A DNA stretch of 64,000 nucleotides from Candidatus Melainabacteria bacterium 17Bon1m (GTDB lineage Bacteria > Cyanobacteriota > Vampirovibrionia > Obscuribacterales > Obscuribacteraceae): assembly GCA_032128875.1 (NCBI GenBank), contig JAVLKG010000001.1, forward strand, positions 128,001 to 192,000. The letters are read 5' to 3'. Below are positions 1-9,824 of the stretch, one piece after another. The notes under the pieces were generated by a model. That model was not told where the DNA came from. It worked only from the letters and a program-made list of their open reading frames with translations, and did not search any database. How positions within the stretch are numbered: position 1 is the stretch's first letter; every line of letters begins with the position of its first letter. Position numbers and translations under genes: made by a program.

Positions 1-2484
1 AACAGTGTTGTCGAACTCCAGACGCACCTTGAACTCTTCGTTTAACACTAGGCGCGCATTGTAGGTTCCATTGCCCGATTTCTTCTTAAAGCCCTGGATT
101 ACTTCAGTGGTGCCCTTTTTTATTATCGATTTGATTTCTTCTTCGGAAAGTTCTTTGCCAAATGCTTCTTTCCAGATGGTGAATTTGCAGCCTTCTCTCC
201 ATCTGCTGCAGCCGGCAGCTTTCTGATTTAGACGGACGGTGCCTTCTTTGCACTGCGGGCATGTTCCCAAACCGCCGCCGCCACCATTTTCGCCAGGTGT
301 ACCTGCCATTATTTCTAGCCTGACCTTGAAGTCTTCGGTCAACACCAGGCGTGAATCATATTTGCCGCTGCCGTCTTTCTTCTTGAATCCTTTAATTTCC
401 TTCGTGATTCGTTTTTCAACCAACTCTTTGATGTGAGTGTCTGTAATTTCCTTTCCGTAAATGTCACGCCAAATCGTGAAATTGCAACCGTCTTTCCATC
501 GGTTGCAGCCGGCGCCTTTGGGGGTTTGTTTTACGAAACCGACTTTGCATTGTGGGCAAGTGCCGAAGCTCACTTCTCCTTCGCGCGGAACAGAAGGAAT
601 CGACGCACTTTGACTTGCAACGTCAGGAAGCAGCCGTGACACAAATCCTGCAATATCACTCTCAAAAGAGTTGAGTTGCATTTTTCCGTCCTGCATATCT
701 GCAAGACCTTGTTCCCAAGTCGCAGTTAGCGCCACGTCTTTCAAATCTTGGTGCACTTGCTGAATAAGTGCACGTCCCTTTTCGGTCGGCATCAAATATT
801 TTTTCTGGCGCTCAATATAATTCGATTTCAAAAGGCGCTCGATAATTGCCGCGCGCGTAGCGGGAGTCCCCAAGCCCTTTTGCTTCATGTAAGACGCAAG
901 ATCTTCGTCGTCAATTTCTTGTCCGGCGTTTTTCATCGCTGTTAGTAGGGTTCCATCATCGTAAGGTTTTGGAGCGCTAGTTTTGCCCTTCTTCAATTCC
1001 TCTTTCTGTTTTTCGACTTGCTGACCTTTATCGAGGGGCGGCAGTTGTTGCGCGTCTTCAGAGTTGTCTTTATCTCCGTCCGCTTTCTTCTTGCCTTTAC
1101 CTTTTCCACCTTCTTCGTCTTTTTCTTTCTTTGGTTCTAGCGCAGTCCAACCGGCTTCCTTGATGACAAAACCTTTGGCGCGGAATGAATGTTCGCCGAT
1201 GGTGAGAATAACGGTAGTCTCATCACGAACTTCCGCAGGCATGAAAATGCTTAAGAAGCGCAGTGCAACTAGCGAATAGATGTTGCGCTGCCGCTCAGGC
1301 AAGTTGGCTGACGGTGTGTTGTACGTTGGAATGATTGCGTGGTGATCGGTGAGTTTTGCATCGTCAACGTAGGCTTTGCTCAATTTGGGTTTGATCAGCG
1401 CGGTTGTGATTTTGCCCGGCACAATGCCCTCTTTTTCCATTGCGTCTTTAGCAACTTGAGAGGTCGTTGGCGATTTCAAAACCGTCGAGAGCACGCGCGG
1501 TAATTCTGCCACCATGTCTGTCGACAAGTGACGCGATTCTGTACGCGGATAAGATATGAGCTTATGCTCCTCATACAAGTTTTGTGCGATATCCAGTGTT
1601 TCTTGCGCTGTGTACCCAAATCTCTTGTTCGCTTCCTTTTGAAGTGTCAGCAAATCATAGAGAGCCGGTGGTTTGTTTTTCTTTTCTGTTGTGACAACAG
1701 ATTGAACAAGACCGTGTTTTTCCGGTTTGATGGTATCGACGATTTGTTGTGCTGCAGCTTGGTCGTGAAGCCTGGTTTGCGGCTCTTCCGTGGGGGTAAT
1801 GTAGCGAGCTAAAAATCCTGGTGCGAAACTAACGACAATCTCGAAGAATTGTTTTTCTTTGAAGCTCTCGATTGAAATTTGACGATCGACAATCAAGGCA
1901 AGCGTCGGAGTCTGAACCCGACCAATCGTGCACAACTGCCTGTTCATTGCAGTGTATGCTCGCGTGAAATTCAGCCCAACGACCCAATCCGCATGTGCGC
2001 GGGCAGTTGCAGAATGAGCGAGGTTGTCGAATTCGTCTGACGATTTTAAATTTGCAAGTCCGTCTTTAATCGCATCTGCGGTCAACGAACTTATCCAAAG
2101 GCGCTCCACTGGTTTGTTGCTGCCGGATAGTTTGTAAATCAAGCGGAAGATGTGTTCACCTTCACGCCCGGCGTCTGTTGCGCAAATGATTGAAGTGACC
2201 TTCGGATCTAAAAATAGATTTTTGATGGTGTTGAATTGCGAAACTGTTTTTTCGACGACCTTGTACTTCCACTGGTCGGGAATCATTGGCAATTGCGCCA
2301 TACGCCAAGGACCGCCCCAGGCTGGATTCATATCTTCCGGTTCGGCGATTGTGACCAGGTGCCCGTATGCGTAAGTGACGGCGTAGTCGTTGCCTTCGAA
2401 ATACCCATTTTTCTTTGTGTTGGCGCCCACGACGTTGGCAATGTCGCGCGCAACCGATGGTTTTTCAGCCAGTACGACCTTCAT
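1..2484 (-). CDS. topB: DNA topoisomerase III (type IA); the 3' end runs off the window start
   Basis: Absent from the ORF track because the stop is outside the window. Manual translation from ATG 2484 gives MKVVLAEKPSVARDIA, CATDAGREGE, GRVQTPTL, LYEEHKLISYPRTES, DHHAIIPT, GLGTPATRAAIIE and C-terminal Cys-rich zinc-ribbon repeats. Confidence 0.93.
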   Translation of the reverse strand, partial: MKVVLAEKPSVARDIANVVGANTKKNGYFEGNDYAVTYAYGHLVTIAEPEDMNPAWGGPWRMAQLPMIPDQWKYKVVEKTVSQFNTIKNLFLDPKVTSIICATDAGREGEHIFRLIYKLSGSNKPVERLWISSLTADAIKDGLANLKSSDEFDNLAHSATARAHADWVVGLNFTRAYTAMNRQLCTIGRVQTPTLALIVDRQISIESFKEKQFFEIVVSFAPGFLARYITPTEEPQTRLHDQAAAQQIVDTIKPEKHGLVQSVVTTEKKNKPPALYDLLTLQKEANKRFGYTAQETLDIAQNLYEEHKLISYPRTESRHLSTDMVAELPRVLSTVLKSPTTSQVAKDAMEKEGIVPGKITTALIKPKLSKAYVDDAKLTDHHAIIPTYNTPSANLPERQRNIYSLVALRFLSIFMPAEVRDETTVILTIGEHSFRAKGFVIKEAGWTALEPKKEKDEEGGKGKGKKKADGDKDNSEDAQQLPPLDKGQQVEKQKEELKKGKTSAPKPYDDGTLLTAMKNAGQEIDDEDLASYMKQKGLGTPATRAAIIERLLKSNYIERQKKYLMPTEKGRALIQQVHQDLKDVALTATWEQGLADMQDGKMQLNSFESDIAGFVSRLLPDVASQSASIPSVPREGEVSFGTCPQCKVGFVKQTPKGAGCNRWKDGCNFTIWRDIYGKEITDTHIKELVEKRITKEIKGFKKKDGSGKYDSRLVLTEDFKVRLEIMAGTPGENGGGGGLGTCPQCKEGTVRLNQKAAGCSRWREGCKFTIWKEAFGKELSEEEIKSIIKKGTTEVIQGFKKKSGNGTYNARLVLNEEFKVRLEFDNTV

Positions 2485-2723
2485 GATGCTTATCCTGCAA
2501 TGTTTGCGCCAGTCGCAAATCTTCAGTAGCTATTCTTAAACAAAACCGCGAAAAGGTAAACAATTCCGCGGACTTCTCTGTTTTAAATTTTGATCGGATG
2601 TATCTGCTCTTGCTCTTTGGGATATCTTGGCTGTATGGATGTGGAAACCGATTCCGTTTGAATGAGTTGCGTCTCAACAACGGCACCGGTTTGACACATC
2701 ATCAAAAGCGGGAAATCCTGAGC

Positions 2724-5042
2724 TTATTTAGCAGCTGTTTTACTGTCTATGCTTTCGAGCGTCCTTTTCGCTGAAGAAGCTACGAACATATTGTCGTCCT
2801 CGGACAGGACGGTTAACAGGCGCAGGGGGATGGCTGAATTTGTTGAGAGCGCAAGACGCACGTCGTCGCTTGAGTCTTTGGAGAGGAGCTCAAGGATTTC
2901 ATCTGGTGCGTTTGGATTTTCTCCTATGCTTGTCCGCACGTCGATACTGGAATCTGTTACCAGCTTGAGAAAAATCTCCAGCGGAAGGTTGGCATTCTCT
3001 GCGACGCGGCTGCGTACACGCTCACTGGGATCGTCGGAAAGTTTTTTCAGCGCAACCTCGGAAGTGTGTGGATTTCCCGCTAAAACAAGGCGGATATGCA
3101 ATTCTTCATTTGAACGAGGTTTGTTTTCCGTGCTCTCGTTTTTTTGCAGTTCGTGAATTGCATTTATAAGAGTCGACAGCTTTTCACCAGTAACAGGTTT
3201 TGCGATGTAATAGTTCATTTTGGATCGCAGTGCATCAAGAATATCTTCTTGTCTTTCCGACACAGTTAAGAGCACGACAGGAATACCTTTGAGAGTCGCA
3301 TCTTTGCTAAGCTCTGTCAGGACCTCGTGCCCATTCATGCGAGGCATATTTAAGTCCAGCAACATGATGTCCGGAAGTTTTGAGCCTGAACTCTTCAGTT
3401 CTCTTAAATACTCGAGTGCTTCGACACCATCATTTTTAACCGTGAGACTATATTGAAAATTTGAGTGTTTTAGTGCTTCTTGTGTCAGTCTTACATCCGA
3501 TGGCGTGTCTTCCACTAATAGAATTTCTATTGAATTTAGCATTTTCATTTTTCTGTTTCCCGCCTTTTTTGTTGCGGGCAAAGTAAACAAGAAAATTGCT
3601 CCTTGCCCAAGTTTTGAATCAACCCAAATGTTTCCACCGTGTGTGGTTACGATTTTTTTGCAGATTGCCAGCCCGACGCCTGCACCCGGATACTTTACCT
3701 TTCCGTTTAGGCGGGAGAACATATTGAAGATCTCGTCCGAATATTTGGGATCAATGCCAATGCCGTTGTCTTCAATTGAGAAGAGCCACTTGTTTGCAGA
3801 GGATTCCGCCCTAATGGAAATCTGAAGCGGTTCAACACCGCGATATTTGATAGAGTTACTCAAAAGATTTTGAAACAGTTGAATAACTTGCGTTCGCTCT
3901 ACTGCAACGTTTGGCAATGTTCCTACTTCAATATTCGCACAGGACTCAGCGAAAGACGCGCTGAGATTCTGCATTACCTCATCCAGAATCACATTGCAGT
4001 CCGAATCTGCATTTTGAATTGCATCTGTAGGAATTTGGGAATGAGCAAGCACTGACTTAATCAGAACTTGCATGCGTTTTACTCCATCCAAAATGTAGTC
4101 GATGAATTCTCTGCCGTCGTCATCTAATTTCCCGCTGCTATTGTCTCCAAGTAGTTGTGCAAAACCCTGTATTGTTCTTAGCGGCTCTTGCAAGTCATGA
4201 GCGGCAATCTTTGCAAATTGGTGCAGCTCCTCATTTCTTATAAGGAGTTTTCGAGTGCGTTCTTCAATCAGCGCTTCTAGAGCCTGACTCGACCTTTTCT
4301 GCTCTGAGATGTCCCGCACGAATGTGCATAGAATGAAGTGTGCATCTTCTTTGACTCGAAACATCGTAAGTTCAATTGGAAATTCCTTCCCATCTTTGTG
4401 TGTAGCAATAAGTTCCTTGCTGATTTTGAGAAGTTTTCCTTCGTGATTGGCGAGGAATGCTTCTATGTCTCGCAAATATTTTCGCCGCAAATGCTGAGGA
4501 AGAATGAATGAAAGGTTTTGCCCAAGTGCTTCTCTCTTGCCCCATCCAAATGTTTTTTCCGCCTGTGCATTCCAGTCCGTAATCAATCTTTTGGCGTCCA
4601 TTGATATAAAAGCATCATACGAATTTTCCAAAATAACCCTCAGTCGCTCTTCGCCATTGCGCAAAGCGACTTCATTTCTATTTCTCTCGACGGCGTATTG
4701 CAGACATCGAACAATGGAGTCGTCACTTGCAACACCTTTGAGAAGGCAATCCTGTGCCCCGTCTCTGACGAACTTGAGAGCTAATTCGTGATCTGCATCT
4801 GTAGTGAAAACAACTATCGGAATTCCCAAAGCATTTGCTTGGATGCGATAGAAGGACTCAACCCCGCATCCCTTATTTTCAGTAAATACGCTTAAGAGAA
4901 TCGCATCGACTCGTGTCTTGGCGAGCGCTAACAGCGCTTCTTCGACCGTTGGTGCCACGCTTACTTCAAAGTCATACATTTGCAGCATCGTGCAAAGCGC
5001 GCGCGCTTCTTCGAAGAGATCTTCCACTATGAGAATGTTCAT
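2724..5042 (-). CDS. Hybrid sensor histidine kinase: REC-PAS-HisKA-HATPase-REC plus C-terminal LRV/HEAT-like repeats
   Basis: N-terminal ILIVED receiver, PAS (DWNAQAEKTFGW), AHDLQEPL H-box, QNLLSNSIKY, DNGIGI and GAGVGLAIC boxes, second receiver (ILLVED...LLDLNMPRMNG), and D..VR...A.N repeats. Confidence 0.92.
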   Translation of the reverse strand: MNILIVEDLFEEARALCTMLQMYDFEVSVAPTVEEALLALAKTRVDAILLSVFTENKGCGVESFYRIQANALGIPIVVFTTDADHELALKFVRDGAQDCLLKGVASDDSIVRCLQYAVERNRNEVALRNGEERLRVILENSYDAFISMDAKRLITDWNAQAEKTFGWGKREALGQNLSFILPQHLRRKYLRDIEAFLANHEGKLLKISKELIATHKDGKEFPIELTMFRVKEDAHFILCTFVRDISEQKRSSQALEALIEERTRKLLIRNEELHQFAKIAAHDLQEPLRTIQGFAQLLGDNSSGKLDDDGREFIDYILDGVKRMQVLIKSVLAHSQIPTDAIQNADSDCNVILDEVMQNLSASFAESCANIEVGTLPNVAVERTQVIQLFQNLLSNSIKYRGVEPLQISIRAESSANKWLFSIEDNGIGIDPKYSDEIFNMFSRLNGKVKYPGAGVGLAICKKIVTTHGGNIWVDSKLGQGAIFLFTLPATKKAGNRKMKMLNSIEILLVEDTPSDVRLTQEALKHSNFQYSLTVKNDGVEALEYLRELKSSGSKLPDIMLLDLNMPRMNGHEVLTELSKDATLKGIPVVLLTVSERQEDILDALRSKMNYYIAKPVTGEKLSTLINAIHELQKNESTENKPRSNEELHIRLVLAGNPHTSEVALKKLSDDPSERVRSRVAENANLPLEIFLKLVTDSSIDVRTSIGENPNAPDEILELLSKDSSDDVRLALSTNSAIPLRLLTVLSEDDNMFVASSAKRTLESIDSKTAAK

Positions 5043-5264
5043 TTCCTGGCCCTAACTGACGCAGGCGCTTTCGGCTGGGATAGATACCAGTGAATCGTCC
5101 GAATTCTTGCGCACCAACCAAAAATGGTCAGCAGCAAACAAAGCTCGGGTACCCTATCGCTTCCTCTAAGCACCGAGGATCAAGGATTTCTAACCAGCGA
5201 GCATTCCTGACTGTGCGGCTGTAAAAGAATGTCGGCGGCAAATCCGAAGCCGCACGCATATCTT

Positions 5265-5295
5265 CATTGTGACACAAATCTACAACCTTGCCCAG
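5265..5295. promoter_or_regulatory. Motif CATTGTGACACA-N10-CTTGCCCAG, copy 1
   Basis: The same bipartite motif with identical spacing recurs at 6833-6863. Here TGTGACAC (5268-5275) also forms an inverted repeat with GTGTCACA (5296-5303). Confidence 0.55.
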
Positions 5296-5538
5296 GTGTC
5301 ACAGGCTCAAGTGTCCGATTGAAAACCTTTGCCAGTTGTTCGTTTCAGCCAGGCCGTTCGGTGTGGCGTTGACTGCCAGTCTGTGCTATTGTAGTTGTAT
5401 GACTACAAATTGTAATCGGTGGGCTGCATGGGCGTCCGGGTTTGGAAACACTGCCTGGCGAGCCGATTTCAGGTTTTGATTTTCGTCTGTGGCTGAAATC
5501 CAGCCTCCATCATCTATTTCATAAAGGCAGACGCGAGA

Positions 5539-6357
5539 ATGTTCGAGTTCCTGGCACTGTTTGTGCTCTTTTATATTTGGCACACGTTTGGTGTCACCAT
5601 TGGTTTGCATCGACTTCTTTCGCATCGTTCCTTTGCTTGCTCAAAGCCAGTTGAGTATTTTTTCGTTTTATCCGGATATCTGGCATTCGAAGGATCACCT
5701 ATGTGGTGGGCGACCATCCATCGTGCGCATCACAGGCATGATGATACAGAACTTGACCCACATTCACCGAAGTACGGTCTATTCAATGCTCACTTAGGTT
5801 GGTTGATGCGGCGTGGCTATCAGAGTCACATCGATCCGGCAGTGCATGCGAAAGACCTGATTAATGACCCTGTTTATCGTTTCCTCGAGCAAGGCGGCTC
5901 GTGGCACCGCGCGCATCTGCTCACAGTGGCAATCTGTTTGGGTTTTCGTCTTTTGATCCTTTTATTTTTTGGCTGGGTACCTGCACTGGCTAGTTTGCTT
6001 GCGGGTTTTGCTGTCTTTCAAGTTCCGCTTATGCTCAATGTTTTGTGCCATATTCCAAAGCTTGGATATAAAACATTTGCCACCAGGGATGATAGCGTCA
6101 ATATTTGGTGGGTTGCAGTACTCGCGTTGGGAGAGGGATGGCACAACAATCATCACGCCAGTCCGGGTTCGGCAAAGACTGGTTTGCTCTTACATGAGTT
6201 CGACCCGTCATGGCTTGTAATCTTGCTTATGAAGAAACTTGCACTAGTCAATCGAGTGAATGTCATAACTTCAGAGAAGCTGCGCCTAAAAATGCCCGTG
6301 CTCGCTTATGCCACTACCAGAAGTGGCAAGCGGCTTGTGCAAAATGTGTCGGAATAA
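5539..6357 (+). CDS. Delta-9-type acyl-lipid/acyl-CoA fatty acid desaturase
   Basis: His boxes HRLLSH, HRAHH and GEGWHNNHH, plus DPHSP and hydrophobic segments. Confidence 0.93.
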   Translation: MFEFLALFVLFYIWHTFGVTIGLHRLLSHRSFACSKPVEYFFVLSGYLAFEGSPMWWATIHRAHHRHDDTELDPHSPKYGLFNAHLGWLMRRGYQSHIDPAVHAKDLINDPVYRFLEQGGSWHRAHLLTVAICLGFRLLILLFFGWVPALASLLAGFAVFQVPLMLNVLCHIPKLGYKTFATRDDSVNIWWVAVLALGEGWHNNHHASPGSAKTGLLLHEFDPSWLVILLMKKLALVNRVNVITSEKLRLKMPVLAYATTRSGKRLVQNVSE

Positions 6358-6365
6358 ACTGCGAA

Positions 6366-6791
6366 TTATTTCGTGTCTGATTTGGCTTCGATTTCTTCAA
6401 GCGTTTTCTTTGCGGCACCGGCGACATACATGTTGTCGTCTTCAGCCAAAGCCTTCAACAGATGAAGCGGAATTGTTGATACGGCCGCAATCGCCAGGCG
6501 CACATCTTCGCTTTCGTCTTTTGCCAACTGTTCGAGAATGTCATCCGGAGCGCTGGGGTTTTCGCAAAGACTTTCGCGAACTTCAACGCTTTCATCTTTC
6601 GCCAGTCTTTTAAAAACGTCTTCCGGCAACCGGGGGTTGGCAGCCAGTCGGCTGCGCACCTTTTCACTCGGGTCGTCCGCCAGCTTCGCAAAAGCGGCAG
6701 GCGTTGTGTGCGGGTTGCCAGCCAATACTATTCTGACGTGAACTTCGTCAGTTGAGCGGACAGCGTCGTTCGCCGACTCCTTGTTATCCAA
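6366..6791 (-). CDS. Stand-alone LRV/HEAT-like repeat protein, paralogous to the kinase C-terminus
   Basis: VHVRIVLAGNPHT...DDPSEKVRSRLAANP aligns with LHIRLVLAGNPHT...DDPSERVRSRVAENA of the 2724-5042 protein. Confidence 0.85.
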   Translation of the reverse strand: MDNKESANDAVRSTDEVHVRIVLAGNPHTTPAAFAKLADDPSEKVRSRLAANPRLPEDVFKRLAKDESVEVRESLCENPSAPDDILEQLAKDESEDVRLAIAAVSTIPLHLLKALAEDDNMYVAGAAKKTLEEIEAKSDTK

Positions 6792-6832
6792 GCCTCAAAC
6801 CCTCCAATATACGCAACTTTGCGGAATATATC

Positions 6833-6863
6833 CATTGTGACACACTGTGGAAATCTTGCCCAG
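6833..6863. promoter_or_regulatory. Motif CATTGTGACACA-N10-CTTGCCCAG, copy 2
   Basis: Matches 5265-5295 and lies upstream of the minus-strand LRV gene. Confidence 0.55.
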
Positions 6864-6936
6864 TTGAGCCTACCGCGGGTTGGTAAGATAGTACCTATAT
6901 ATGGCGGTATGGCTTGACAAATGATTGATTAACTCG

Positions 6937-8928
6937 ATGGCGGAACTGGACAAAAAGTACTGCCCTTCTTGCTACCGGCAATTTGACGAGGATATTGTCA
7001 AATGCCCGTATGATCGCGCCGAACTGCGCGGGCGCCATAATGATCCGTTAATCGGCAATCTATTCGCCGAACGATACTTAATTGAGTCCGTATTGGGACT
7101 TGGCGGCATGAGCATTGTCTACAAAGCTCAGCATAGTCTGATGAATCGCACAGTCGCCATCAAAATGCTGCATCAAAAACTGAAAGACGATAGCATGGCG
7201 CTCGAACGCTTTAGACTCGAAGCGCAAGCAGCGAGTTCTTTAAACCATCAAAATGTAATAACTGTCTATGACTTTGGTATTTCTCCAACAGGCGAACCAT
7301 TTTTTGTGATGGACTGTCTGAATGGAGAGAGTCTGGAGAATATTATCGACAGAGACGGTCGCATCGAATTCCGGCGCGCGATCAACATATTCAAGCAAGT
7401 CTGCGATGGTCTCGAAGAAGCACACAGAAAGGGCATTGTGCATCGTGATTTGAAGCCTGCGAATGTAATTCTTATGCGTCGCGATGATGGCGGCGATCTC
7501 GTCAAGCTGGTGGATTTTGGAATTGCAAAACTGCTTCCACAAACAGGAAAGGTGCAGCAGCAGCTAACTCGTACCGGTGAAGTATTTGGCAGTCCGATTT
7601 ACATGAGCCCTGAGCAATGCCTTGGGCGTGAATTGGATACGCGCTCTGATATTTATGCACTCGGTTGCCTGATGTACGAAGCCGTTGCTGGTGAGCCGCC
7701 CTTTATTGGCGACAGCTTTTTAGAAACCATGAACATGCACGTGGACAACCATCCGAAACTCATCAGTGAAAAGGCGCCTGATTCTGAAGTGCCCGCTGAG
7801 TTGGAAGCAGCAATTCTTTGCTGCTTGCAGAAAGACCCAGATATTCGCTTTCAAACTGCCGGCGAGCTTAAGGAGGTTCTTTCCAGTGTTGCTTCAGCAT
7901 TAGGTGATGGAAGCACTGCAGCTGGTGGCACTGCCTCTAGGTCTGAAACGCACCCATATGGAAAAGGGAAGCAGAAGCGCGCTCCGGTTGAGATGATTGT
8001 TGTATCAATGGTGGCAAGCGTATTGCTGGTTATGGTTGCATTTGTGGCATTATGGCCTGGTGCTGCGGACGACAGAGGCGCACCACTCGATAAATTGCTC
8101 TGGTCAATTTACTTGTCTGAAGCAGAGGATGACGTTAAGAAGGGCAAGTACGAGAGTGCTGAAAGCAATTTTGCCAAGTCGGAGGAACGCTGCAAGAGGT
8201 TTGGAGATCGCAATCAGCGACTTCAAACAACTTTGCGGTCGAAAACAGTTCTATATGAAAAATGGGAAGGTCATGCTGAGGACTTGGAGAAGGTAAATAA
8301 TCAGATCGCAGCGATTGATACCGAACGCGTCAAGCAAGAGTATTTTGAGCTGATGAAGCTTATGGATACGTTCGAATCGAAGGAGCACTCGGCAGTCTCG
8401 CAAAGCAGCAAAATGCTGAAAGCTGAAGCGGAGATACCGAAATTTGTTTCTGTTTCGTCCAAACTTTACAGTAAAGGTTTGTGGTTGGAGCAAGAGGAAT
8501 TGCTCAAGCGATGTCTCGCGATTGAGAGAAAGCTTGTTGGCGACGACAATCTGATTATCGCGAAACTGGAGACTCGGTTGGCTGAGTGTTTCGTTGCGCA
8601 ACGAAAGTTTTTGCAAGTACGTCAGTTGTTATCGCACGCCCTAAGCGTCTTTGAAAAGCATAGTGGAGACGACCCGAGTTCTGCAGTCGCTGCTCTCAAC
8701 AAGCTTGGACAATTCGACCTGGATCGCAATGATTTCAAGCGCGCTGAGCCTGAGTTGGCTAGTGCTCTCAAGCGCGCCCGCAGATTGTCTAAAAAGGACA
8801 ATGTTCTTCTGCTGTGCCTGCGGAGCTACGCTGATCTATTACAGCTGACCGATCGTGTCCCAGCTGGCGATGTACTCGACAGAGAAGCAGATCTCTTAGA
8901 GAAGAAAATGCCAGTCGACGTACCGTAG
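6937..8928 (+). CDS. Hanks-type Ser/Thr protein kinase with N-terminal zinc ribbon, one TM helix and TPR-like C-terminus
   Basis: CPSC...CPYD, LGLGGMSIVY, VAIK, HRDLKPAN, DFG, YMSPEQ and DIYALG motifs. The ATG at 6937 is preferred over the track start at 6925. Confidence 0.93.
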   Translation: MAELDKKYCPSCYRQFDEDIVKCPYDRAELRGRHNDPLIGNLFAERYLIESVLGLGGMSIVYKAQHSLMNRTVAIKMLHQKLKDDSMALERFRLEAQAASSLNHQNVITVYDFGISPTGEPFFVMDCLNGESLENIIDRDGRIEFRRAINIFKQVCDGLEEAHRKGIVHRDLKPANVILMRRDDGGDLVKLVDFGIAKLLPQTGKVQQQLTRTGEVFGSPIYMSPEQCLGRELDTRSDIYALGCLMYEAVAGEPPFIGDSFLETMNMHVDNHPKLISEKAPDSEVPAELEAAILCCLQKDPDIRFQTAGELKEVLSSVASALGDGSTAAGGTASRSETHPYGKGKQKRAPVEMIVVSMVASVLLVMVAFVALWPGAADDRGAPLDKLLWSIYLSEAEDDVKKGKYESAESNFAKSEERCKRFGDRNQRLQTTLRSKTVLYEKWEGHAEDLEKVNNQIAAIDTERVKQEYFELMKLMDTFESKEHSAVSQSSKMLKAEAEIPKFVSVSSKLYSKGLWLEQEELLKRCLAIERKLVGDDNLIIAKLETRLAECFVAQRKFLQVRQLLSHALSVFEKHSGDDPSSAVAALNKLGQFDLDRNDFKRAEPELASALKRARRLSKKDNVLLLCLRSYADLLQLTDRVPAGDVLDREADLLEKKMPVDVP

Positions 8929-8954
8929 CAGAGGTTTTTAATGTGACTTCCAGA

Positions 8955-9803
8955 ATGACAGAAAGAAAGTTCGGCTGCACCGGAAGAGATGTTGCCGTAG
9001 TTGGCCAGGGTACTTGGGAAATTGAAAGATCCGAACGAAAAGAGGCTGTAAAAGCCTTGCGCCAAGGGTTGGATCTTGGAATGACTCATATTGATACCGC
9101 GGAAATGTATGGTGCCGGAGAGTCGGAAGAAATCGTAAGCGAAGCAATTGCTGGGCGCCGCGATGAAGTTTTCCTGGTTTCCAAGGTTTTACCTAGCAAT
9201 GCATCGCGCAAAGGCACTATTGCAGCTTGTGAAAAGTCTTTAGCGCGTCTGAAAACAGACCGGCTTGACTGCTATCTTCTGCACTGGCGCGGACACTACA
9301 AGCTGGGCGACACCATCGAAGCATTCGAAGAATTGAAGCAAGCCGGAAAAATTCTTTCCTGGGGTGTCAGCAACTTCGATGAAGATGATTTGGACGAAGC
9401 TTTGGAAATTGCCGGTGAAGGAAAGATAGCGTGCAATCAAGTTCTTTATCACCTGAAAGAGCGCGCAATCGAACATGCTGTAATTCCATGGTGCGAAAAA
9501 CATAACGTAGCTGTCGTTGGTTATAGCCCGTTTGGTAGCAGGGGCGGATTTCCTGCCGCCAATTCTGCCGGGTTTAAAGCATTGACTGAAGTGGCGGAGG
9601 CGCGCTCTGCATCGGTACATCAGATTGCACTGGCATATCTCACCAGGCGACCGTCACTGTTCTCCATTCCAAAGGCCGCAAAAGCAGAACATTCTGCAGA
9701 CAATTCTGTCGCTGGAAATTTGAAGCTGACAAAAGAAGAAATCGATAAAATTGAAACGGCATTTCCGCTCGGCAAGCGTCCCAGTTCGCTGCCGATGATT
9801 TGA
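8955..9803 (+). CDS. Aldo/keto reductase
   Basis: GQGTW, IDTAEMYG, LVSKV, YLLHW, GVSNF, NQVLY and IPKA motifs. Confidence 0.93.
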   Translation: MTERKFGCTGRDVAVVGQGTWEIERSERKEAVKALRQGLDLGMTHIDTAEMYGAGESEEIVSEAIAGRRDEVFLVSKVLPSNASRKGTIAACEKSLARLKTDRLDCYLLHWRGHYKLGDTIEAFEELKQAGKILSWGVSNFDEDDLDEALEIAGEGKIACNQVLYHLKERAIEHAVIPWCEKHNVAVVGYSPFGSRGGFPAANSAGFKALTEVAEARSASVHQIALAYLTRRPSLFSIPKAAKAEHSADNSVAGNLKLTKEEIDKIETAFPLGKRPSSLPMI

Positions 9804-9824
9804 AGCAATACAAAGGAAAACACC

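Noticed and set aside
239-2529. Short plus-strand ORFs over the first 2.5 kb
   Set aside because: They are antisense to topB, which occupies the minus strand from 2484 to the window edge.
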